NCBI GenBank assembly: GCA_017648085.1
Contig: JAGCJI010000069.1
Coordinates: forward strand, 1-51,962
Source: Clostridia bacterium
GTDB lineage: Bacteria > Bacillota > Clostridia > Oscillospirales > CAG-272
DNA length: 51,962 nt
Reading direction: 5' to 3'
The position numbers were made by a program, and so were the translations under genes. The notes under the pieces are model-generated. The model saw only the letters and a list, made by a program, of their open reading frames with translations. It searched no databases and was not told the origin of the DNA. This document shows positions 45,675 to 51,962 of the stretch, one piece after another. Each line of letters starts with the position of its first letter. Position 1 is the first letter of the stretch.

Positions 45675-47546
45675 ATGAATAAGTGGAAGCTACGGGCAGT
45701 AGAACTTATAACCGGGCTTGCCTTCACGGGCAAGAAAAACCCATCCGTAATTCCGTATTACCCCTCCAAAACCAAGGCTTCGGGCAAAGAGGTGCGCTAT
45801 TTCAACCGCACCAGCCCCGAGCGGCGCGGCATATCCTCAAGATTGCTTTACGATATGCTCTGTTCGCTGGAGGAGGACAAACGGGCAAACATACACAACG
45901 TTATGGTCCTTAAGGACGGAGAGGTCGTTTGCGAATGCTCGCGACCGGGATACGACGTCAATGTTCGCCATCTTTCGCACTCTATGTCAAAGACATTGAC
46001 GGGTATGGCAATAGGACTCCTTGTTGATGATGGAAGACTGTCGCTCGATCGCCGACTTGTAGATATATTTCCGGAATACGATCCAACCGACAAGCGCTTC
46101 AACGCCATAACCGTAAAGCATCTTCTGATAATGTCGACCGGAGTCCCATTTTCGGAGGCGGGCTCGGTTACCGAAACCGAATGGACCCGCGCCTTTTTTG
46201 AATCACGACTTTCCTTTGCGCCGGGAAGCGCGTTTGCATACAACAGTATGAACTCCTATATTCTCGCACGCATAGTGGTGAGAATCGCCGGCATCTCCCT
46301 CACCGCCTTTCTTACCGAGCGCGTATTCCGCCCCCTCGGAATAGAAAACGTATTCTGGGAGATGGGCCCGGAGGGCGTTGAAAAGGGCGGCTGGGGTGCG
46401 TATCTTTCGCTTGAGAGCTGGGCAAAGCTCGGCGTGATGATGCAGCAGGGCGGCGTCTTTGAAGGAAAGCGCATACTTTCATCCGCCTGGGTTGCAGAAT
46501 CGACAAGCACGCAGATACAAGTTCCCGAAAACGCGGGCGATTACAACTACGGCTATCAGATATGGGTGCACAGAAGGAACGGACAGTTTCTCTTCAACGG
46601 TATGCTCGGGCAGAACGTATGGGTCTGCCCCAAAAACGGCATAGTTGTCGTAGCCAACTGTGAAAACAACGAGCTTTTCCAAAAAAGCGCGGTCCTTGAA
46701 ATAATAGAACGCTATCTTGGGGGCAAGCTTGCACCCGTTTCATACGACACGGGTACGGTCGGACGGCTTCGCGAGAAGGAAAAAAGCTTTTTTGACTCGC
46801 GCAGATGGGCACGCCCATTAAAGCCACGCCGCGGCATAATCTACAAGCTTGGATTTCGCTGTGCGCGCCCCTTCGACAAATCGTGGCGGCGCATGCTCGG
46901 CACGTTCACCTTCGCGCACAACAACCACGGAATACTTCCCCTCTTCATACGTGCAATGCAGAATAATTACTCCGGCGGAATTGAGTCGGTAACCCTTGAG
47001 CGCGAGGGAGAGAGTCTGTTTTTTACCTCTCGCGAGGGGGGCGTTGATTACAGATTTGAGGTCGGGCTCTACGACTTTAAAACTACCACACTCGTCTTTA
47101 ACGGTGAGCCGTATATAGTCCGTGCGCTCGGGTCAGCGTATGAAGACAGCGACAAGCGCGCGGTCTATAAGATAGAGCTGGTTTTGCCCGAAATGCCGAA
47201 CTCACGCAAGCTGCGCTTCACCTTTGGGGAGGATGGCAGAATGGTTATGAGAATGAACGAGGTGCCTGACGAGAAGATTGCAGAGCCGCTCGTACAATCC
47301 ATATACGCAACCAACCCCAAATTCGCCTTTGCGGTTAATATCCTTGAGCGTAGGCTGGGTGACAAATTTATCAACCGCAAGCTTGAAAGTCTGTTTTCCC
47401 CCACCCTTATCGGCGCGCACGTCGGTGCAGATAACTACTACGACATTATAGCCGACGAAAAGGCAAGGGCGGAAGAGGCGATCCGCGGCACGAAGGCAAT
47501 AAGTGCCCTGATTCTCAAGGCGGCAAGCGACGCACACGACGATTAA
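45675..47546 (+). CDS. Serine hydrolase of the beta-lactamase / PBP4*-like family, with a C-terminal extension domain
   Basis: 623 aa. An S-x-x-K motif (SHSMSKT) lies ~100 aa from the N-terminus, followed by a YNS (YAYNSMNSY) motif, typical of class-C beta-lactamase-fold esterases/peptidases. Confidence 0.75.
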   Translation: MNKWKLRAVELITGLAFTGKKNPSVIPYYPSKTKASGKEVRYFNRTSPERRGISSRLLYDMLCSLEEDKRANIHNVMVLKDGEVVCECSRPGYDVNVRHLSHSMSKTLTGMAIGLLVDDGRLSLDRRLVDIFPEYDPTDKRFNAITVKHLLIMSTGVPFSEAGSVTETEWTRAFFESRLSFAPGSAFAYNSMNSYILARIVVRIAGISLTAFLTERVFRPLGIENVFWEMGPEGVEKGGWGAYLSLESWAKLGVMMQQGGVFEGKRILSSAWVAESTSTQIQVPENAGDYNYGYQIWVHRRNGQFLFNGMLGQNVWVCPKNGIVVVANCENNELFQKSAVLEIIERYLGGKLAPVSYDTGTVGRLREKEKSFFDSRRWARPLKPRRGIIYKLGFRCARPFDKSWRRMLGTFTFAHNNHGILPLFIRAMQNNYSGGIESVTLEREGESLFFTSREGGVDYRFEVGLYDFKTTTLVFNGEPYIVRALGSAYEDSDKRAVYKIELVLPEMPNSRKLRFTFGEDGRMVMRMNEVPDEKIAEPLVQSIYATNPKFAFAVNILERRLGDKFINRKLESLFSPTLIGAHVGADNYYDIIADEKARAEEAIRGTKAISALILKAASDAHDD

Positions 47547-47642
47547 GCAATAAGAGGCATACGCCGAAGCGACCCCCGCGGCAAATCGGTATAAAATCAG
47601 GCGCGGCGGTATAACACTCGCAAAAACCTTAAAAACAAACGT

Positions 47643-47698
47643 AAAAAAACAGGAGTATGCGTGTTATCGCAAGTATAACACTCATATTCCTGCTTTTT
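47643..47698. terminator. Bidirectional terminator between the convergent serine hydrolase and MBL hydrolase genes
   Basis: AAAAAAA-CAGGAGTATGCGTGTTAT-cgcaagt-ATAACACTCATATTCCTG-CTTTTT forms an 18-bp stem with two mismatched or wobble positions. An A-tract lies upstream and a T-tract downstream. Confidence 0.7.
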
Positions 47699-47719
47699 AT
47701 TTCGCGCTATGCGCGGCAA

Positions 47720-48526
47720 TTATTCCTCAATTATGGGAAAATCCAGATTGTATCTCTCTATAAGTCCGTTTCTTTGCGCTACGAGGAAGCTCTGCCAGGT
47801 ATTTTCCTCCACAAACGGATTGTAGTCCGCGGTAAGTCGCGCCGCTTTATCGCCATGGCGATTGTTGCCGGGGTGGTTGCCAATATGCACGTCAACCCGC
47901 TCGCGCATAAGTCGCTCGGTGCTTATTATATAATCCTCCCTTAAAGAATAAGGAAGAGAAAAATGGTCGAGATATTCTTCCTTTAAAGAGTTATAGCCGG
48001 CACCGCCAAACGAGCCCGCTATATATTCCTTACCCTTGTAATGCACAGGGTAAAACATCGACAAAACGCCCTCGGTATGTCCCGGTGTTACAAGGAAACG
48101 CATTCTTCTTCCGCCGATCTCCAAAACGTCGCCGTCATTTATAAGGACGTCGGGTTCAAAATAAAATTCGTTTTCGTTTTCGGGAGGTGTGTGCAAGCAC
48201 CAGAGAATTTTGTTTTTTCCGCGATACGAATCTGCATCCTGCGCGCTGCCGTAGGTTTTAGCACCGCTTATGGCAACGATTTTATTCGTCGCGCCTACGT
48301 GGTCGTAGTGGGCGTGAGAATGTATTATGTGCTTAACGTCATGCACGTCGAAGCCCAGCGAGGTGATGTTTTCGATCAACCCGTCTATTGTGTTGGTGCT
48401 TCCGCTATCTATAAGCACAAGTCCGTCATCGGTCACTAACAGATGCGAGGGGGCGGCGGCGTTTACGCCGACCCAATAAAGATCATCAGTAATTTTAGAC
48501 GGCTCAATTCTTGGTCTTTCCTTCAT
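47720..48526 (-). CDS. Metallo-beta-lactamase-fold hydrolase
   Basis: 268 aa. It has the H-x-H-x-D-H motif (HSHAHYDH) and downstream His/Asp ligands (TPGHTEG, ..HIGNHP). Confidence 0.85.
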   Translation of the reverse strand: MKERPRIEPSKITDDLYWVGVNAAAPSHLLVTDDGLVLIDSGSTNTIDGLIENITSLGFDVHDVKHIIHSHAHYDHVGATNKIVAISGAKTYGSAQDADSYRGKNKILWCLHTPPENENEFYFEPDVLINDGDVLEIGGRRMRFLVTPGHTEGVLSMFYPVHYKGKEYIAGSFGGAGYNSLKEEYLDHFSLPYSLREDYIISTERLMRERVDVHIGNHPGNNRHGDKAARLTADYNPFVEENTWQSFLVAQRNGLIERYNLDFPIIEE

Positions 48527-48576
48527 TTAAATTCCCCGGTTTCTCTGTCCGCGTACAGCGCGGGTATAGTTTAGCA

Positions 48577-48607
48577 AGAAAAAGAACGGTGCTTGACCGT
48601 TCTTTTT
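48577..48607 (-). terminator. Terminator after the YdbC-like gene
   Basis: On the minus strand, AAGAACGGT-caagc-ACCGTTCTT is followed by TTTCTT. It lies 14 nt after the stop. Confidence 0.65.
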
Positions 48608-48617
48608 CATTACGTAA

Positions 48618-48842
48618 TTAGCCGAGGTCAAGGCTGTTGAGCATATCGCGAAGAGCTTTTGCTTCCTCTTGCGAAATAGTAACACCCTTGCCGATTTTCT
48701 CATGATCGGGGGACCAGGTACGAATATCGTACACAGGCTCTCTGTCATTCCACTTAATAAGATTAAGCTCTTTGTTCCAGCCGTTCTTTCCTTCGCTTAC
48801 GATTCCGATGGTGTTTATAACCTCATACTTAATCTCGGGCAT
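48618..48842 (-). CDS. YdbC-like PC4-fold single-stranded nucleic-acid-binding protein
   Basis: 74 aa. WNDREPVYDIRTWSPDHEKIGKGVTISQEE is almost the same as the lactococcal YdbC signature as I recall it (WND.EPKYDIRTWSPDHEKMGKGITLSEEE). Confidence 0.75.
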   Translation of the reverse strand: MPEIKYEVINTIGIVSEGKNGWNKELNLIKWNDREPVYDIRTWSPDHEKIGKGVTISQEEAKALRDMLNSLDLG

Positions 48843-48895
48843 TGCAGTTCTCCTTATATTATATAATATTATTTAAAATATTTACCACCAACCAT

Positions 48896-48924
48896 ATTTT
48901 AACATATTAGTTTCATATTGTCAA
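48896..48924 (-). promoter_or_regulatory. Sigma-70 promoter of the YdbC-like gene
   Basis: The minus strand reads TTGACA, a 17-nt spacer, then TAAAAT. Confidence 0.55.
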
Positions 48925-48988
48925 TAAATATGTAAAAATTAGTTGAATTTTTTGTTTTTTTATTTTTTCTGGTTTTTTGAAAAAGCAG

Positions 48989-49018
48989 TTGACAAGTTAA
49001 TACTATGCATTGTATAAT
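48989..49018 (+). promoter_or_regulatory. Sigma-70 promoter of the PadR operon
   Basis: TTGACA, an 18-nt spacer, then TG-TATAAT. It lies 22 nt upstream of the padR ATG region. Confidence 0.65.
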
Positions 49019-49040
49019 ATTATGTGAAAGGGGGTATTCC

Positions 49041-49355
49041 ATGGATGCACAGATGAAGAAGGGCGTGCTTGAGGTATGCGTGCTCTCTGCGGTACGCGAG
49101 GAGGAGTCATACGGATACAAAATAATTTCGGAGCTTGAGCCCTATATAAAAATTTCCGAGTCCACCCTATATCCCATATTAAGACGCCTTGAGGCGAGCG
49201 GCGCACTTACCACACACACGGCGGAATACAACGGCCGCCTTCGCAAATACTTCAAAATAACGGCGAAGGGTCGCGCCCGTATTGCAGAATTTATATCGGA
49301 TATGGAAGAATTTAAAAAAATCAGCGATTTTATTACCCGAGGAGGCAGAATATGA
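49041..49355 (+). CDS. PadR-family transcriptional regulator
   Basis: The start MDAQMKKGVLEVCVL is preceded by GAAAGGGGG. SYGYKIISEL.....ISESTLYPILRRLEASGAL.....EYNGRLRKYFKITAKGR is the canonical PadR winged-helix signature. Confidence 0.92.
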   Translation: MDAQMKKGVLEVCVLSAVREEESYGYKIISELEPYIKISESTLYPILRRLEASGALTTHTAEYNGRLRKYFKITAKGRARIAEFISDMEEFKKISDFITRGGRI

Positions 49356-49987
49356 CCTATAAAGAATGGGAAAGCGAGCTTGTCGGATACCTTAAGGGTA
49401 TGCCTGCGGGTGAGCTTGAAAAAATAAAAGAATACTATCGAGAAATGTACGGCGACAGAAGCGAAGCCGGGATGAGTGACAAGCAAATCCTTGCCGAATT
49501 CGACGATCCAAAGATATGCGCGGCAAAAATACTTATGGAAAACGGCGAGGATGACGTGCCGGAAGAAGAACCGAGGCAAGAAAAAAGCGATAAGATTACT
49601 GTAACCCTGCCGAAAATCAACCTAAAGAAAAAGCTTAAAGGGCTATCCGTGTCAAAAATTGTGGGCTGGTTTTTCCTTTTTATTCTGGTTGTAATTCCGC
49701 TCGCGGCGATTGCGGTATCCGTAGTCGCGGTGTTTGCGGCGACCTCTATCGGATGTGCGGCGGGCGTGCTTGGTAGCATTATAATCGCTGTCTGTGCTCC
49801 CTTCGTTTCGGGAATAACAATGGGCGGTGCGAATGCGGCGGCAACCGCCGGAATCGGACTTGCAACGGCAGGCGTGTGTGCGCTGCTCTCAATAGCCTTC
49901 TTCTTTATCACGAAATACTCCGTATTCGTGTGTGTCAAAATATCAAAATATGTATTCGGAGGTAAAAACGATGAAAAAGCTACTTAA
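49352..49987 (+). CDS. DUF1700-type (PadR-associated) membrane protein
   Basis: It overlaps the padR stop (ATGA). The N-terminal soluble helical domain (EL..YL..MP..E...I.EYY.EM) is followed by three to four Gly/Ala-rich TM segments. Confidence 0.75.
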   Translation: MTYKEWESELVGYLKGMPAGELEKIKEYYREMYGDRSEAGMSDKQILAEFDDPKICAAKILMENGEDDVPEEEPRQEKSDKITVTLPKINLKKKLKGLSVSKIVGWFFLFILVVIPLAAIAVSVVAVFAATSIGCAAGVLGSIIIAVCAPFVSGITMGGANAAATAGIGLATAGVCALLSIAFFFITKYSVFVCVKISKYVFGGKNDEKAT

Positions 49988-50993
49988 GCTTATAGCACTT
50001 ATAAGTTTGGGCGCGATACTGCTCGGCGGTGTTGTCTTTCTATGCGGATTTATAGCAGCGGGAGGAAGTTTTAAGGAAATGACTGCAACCACTCTTAATT
50101 ACAAAACTCACACAGCGGCAGAGCTGCCGACCGACGTAGCCGTCAAGCTTGCTGCAACCGACCTTGAGATAGTGTTTGACGAAAACGCTACCGGCGTCAC
50201 CGTCAAATATCCGGAAACCGAAACTACGGCTCGGGGAAAGATGTTGCGTAGCATAACACTCACCGAAGGTTCGGGGAAAATCACACTCACCGAGAAAACA
50301 AATTTTTTAAGCCATATCTTGTTTTTCGCTTACTCCTACGATAAAAAGGTCACGATAACCCTGCCAAAAGAATCAGACATAAACCTGAATTTAAGCACCA
50401 ATACCGGCTATATCACAATAAAGGGCGAGGGGCGTGTAAAGAATTTAACCCTCAAAACCGATACGGGTGATATCTCTGCCAAGGATGCCGTAATTACGGC
50501 TGACACCGCCGACTTTGAGGTTGATACGGGCAAGGTATCGGTCGGCACACTCAACGCCACAGCACTTAAAGCGGAAACAGACACCGGCGACTTAAGCTTC
50601 TCAAAAATTAACGTCACGTTCTTTGAAGCGGAAACAGATACCGGTGACCTGCGCTTCGGTGACGCGACCGTTTCGGGCACAATGAAGGTATCGGTAGATA
50701 CCGGCGAGATTTATCTTACCGGCAGGCTAACTGCCGCAAACGTAATAATTGACATGGACACCGGCGACGTGCGGATGAAGGACGGTGTGGTAGACGCAGA
50801 TAAGATTACCGTAGAAACCGACACGGGCGACGTCTTTATGACTCTTTCAGGCGTTGTAACCGATTATTCCGTAATCACACACAGCGACACCGGTGACTCA
50901 AATTTAAAGGGTAACTTCGGCGGCTCTCGCGAAGTCAGAGTGACGACCGACACCGGAGATATCCGAATTTATTTTGAGCAACAGAATCCATAA
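49971..50993 (+). CDS. DUF4097-type beta-helical repeat protein with an N-terminal membrane anchor
   Basis: The ATG at 49971 (MKKLLKLIALISLGAILLGGVVFLCGF) is preceded by GGAGG. At least nine (T/V/M)DTG(D/E/K) repeats occur at ~20-25-aa spacing. It is the third gene of the common PadR-DUF1700-DUF4097 arrangement. Confidence 0.8.
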   Translation: MKKLLKLIALISLGAILLGGVVFLCGFIAAGGSFKEMTATTLNYKTHTAAELPTDVAVKLAATDLEIVFDENATGVTVKYPETETTARGKMLRSITLTEGSGKITLTEKTNFLSHILFFAYSYDKKVTITLPKESDINLNLSTNTGYITIKGEGRVKNLTLKTDTGDISAKDAVITADTADFEVDTGKVSVGTLNATALKAETDTGDLSFSKINVTFFEAETDTGDLRFGDATVSGTMKVSVDTGEIYLTGRLTAANVIIDMDTGDVRMKDGVVDADKITVETDTGDVFMTLSGVVTDYSVITHSDTGDSNLKGNFGGSREVRVTTDTGDIRIYFEQQNP

Positions 50994-51002
50994 AACAATC
51001 AA

Positions 51003-51040
51003 GGGGTAGCGTGAAAACGTAACACGCTACCCCACTTTTT
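51003..51040. terminator. Bidirectional terminator between convergent genes
   Basis: GGGGTAGCGTG-aaaacgtaa-CACGCTACCCC forms an 11-bp stem followed by ACTTTTTATTT on the plus strand. The opposite strand is T-rich. Confidence 0.75.
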
Positions 51041-51770
51041 ATTTGTTTTTTCTTTTTTTGCTTTCAAGCGACGAATCTCCGCCACATCCGCTACAGTCAC
51101 ACACCTCACAGCAATCCCTGTCGCAGCATCCGTCAGGGCCGCAGTCGCAATCGCAATCTCCGCCGCCCGCCGCGGCAAGAATAATAACGCCGGCTATTAT
51201 AGCAACGACGAAAACCGAATACGTAGAAAGCGCGAGATTTCTTATAAGCTCATCAGAGTTGTTAACTTCAAGCGACATAGCGAGAATAAACGCCATCTCA
51301 ACTATCATATAGTACCCGAAGGTAGAAACGTACGTAGTTTCGGTTTTCACCATGACCGTGAAATATGCCACGACCGACAAAACCAAATACAGAGCAACCG
51401 TCAGAAAATACGCCGTCTTTGACTTATGTACAAAGGGTATCTTCGTCAATGCAAAAAACACCCAAAGGTACAGCACCGTAGAGAGCGAAATCAGCGTCAT
51501 AACCCAAAACGGATTATCAAATCCGCGGTTAATATACCACGCACGAAGCAAAAAGCCCATTGCCACCGCGCTTAAAAGTATGCAGAGAATATTTATGCTC
51601 TTGCGCTCCCGCACAGCGAAAGCGACGATGCCGCTGGCAGCAAGGATCACCACACCGATTATGAGCGACACAACGGCATCATTAATAATGCCCCGTAAAA
51701 TAATCGCCACCGCCGAGCACAAAAGAAGAAACCCGAGCGACGCCGACGAAACAATCGATATTTTTTTCAT
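51039..51770 (-). CDS. Polytopic membrane protein (about 7 TM) with a Cys/Asp-rich C-terminal tail
   Basis: 243 aa. Seven hydrophobic segments are followed by GGGDCDCDCGPDGCCDRDCCEVCDCSGCGGDSSLESKKRKNK. No family was recognised. Confidence 0.8.
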   Translation of the reverse strand: MKKISIVSSASLGFLLLCSAVAIILRGIINDAVVSLIIGVVILAASGIVAFAVRERKSINILCILLSAVAMGFLLRAWYINRGFDNPFWVMTLISLSTVLYLWVFFALTKIPFVHKSKTAYFLTVALYLVLSVVAYFTVMVKTETTYVSTFGYYMIVEMAFILAMSLEVNNSDELIRNLALSTYSVFVVAIIAGVIILAAAGGGDCDCDCGPDGCCDRDCCEVCDCSGCGGDSSLESKKRKNK

Positions 51771-51962
51771 ACTAGCCTCAAAGGTTAAAATTCAGTAGTA
51801 ATCTTATTATAACATACGATTGGCGGCATTGCAATAGCAACCCCCCCACTTGATTAGTCTTAGAACGATATATTATTTACATTTTGTACACACTTTATTA
51901 ATAAATACTTGCTATAATATATCAGTCGCAACCGCGTATAATTAAACATCCGGACCATTAGC

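Noticed and set aside
47657-47944. 95-aa plus-strand ORF after the serine hydrolase gene.
   Set aside because: It starts inside the bidirectional terminator hairpin and runs antisense to the MBL hydrolase gene. It has no RBS.
1-51962. Scanned intergenic regions for CRISPR arrays, tRNA/rRNA genes, IS elements and toxin-antitoxin pairs.
   Set aside because: No regularly spaced direct repeats, no tRNA-like T-arm/acceptor signatures, no transposase-like ORFs and no small paired ORFs of toxin-antitoxin type were seen. The scan was by eye only, so small ncRNAs could have been missed.

Overview
This is a chromosomal window from a Gram-positive, Clostridia-like genome, judged from gene content, GGAGG/GAAAGGA ribosome-binding sites (RBS) and the CIRCE/HrcA and PadR modules. 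The exact taxon cannot be determined here. All family calls come from motif recognition by eye; no searches were run.

Layout:
- (i) 1-11.5 kb, minus strand: a head-to-tail array of six genes (the first is cut by the window edge). Five of them encode paralogous ~650-aa right-handed beta-helix modules: four are leaderless and one is a lipoprotein. For the edge-cut lipoprotein fragment, only its N-terminus can be compared.
- (ii) 11.6-16.8 kb: the conserved rimP-nusA-ylxR-ylxQ-infB operon, with promoter, leader hairpin and terminator.
- (iii) 16.9-22.9 kb: a minus-strand operon of a MutS-like ATPase, coaW, a CBS protein, a 955-aa hyper-charged tail-anchored protein and a 72-aa protein.
- (iv) 23.2-35.9 kb, plus strand: a compact phage-derived packaging/head cluster. 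It holds terS, terL, portal, scaffold-like, major-capsid-like, a 902-aa structural protein with a BspA-type leucine-rich-repeat (LRR) block, and three secreted/membrane proteins. I recognise no integrase, repressor, replication, tail-tube/tape-measure or endolysin gene, and no att repeats.
- (v) 36.2-41.4 kb: a 1747-aa secreted protein that embeds a further copy of the beta-helix module.
- (vi) 41.5-52 kb: clpB behind a CIRCE operator, a Fur-family regulator coupled to a Cys-rich-loop permease, a serine hydrolase, a metallo-beta-lactamase-fold (MBL) hydrolase, a YdbC/PC4-like protein, a PadR-DUF1700-DUF4097 module and a membrane protein with a Cys/Asp-rich tail.

No rRNA, tRNA, CRISPR, transposase or integrase was seen.

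The most interesting candidates are the orphan phage-like particle cluster and the expanded beta-helix family. In that family, leaderless, lipoprotein and giant secreted forms share one module, and the family may be functionally linked to the cluster.
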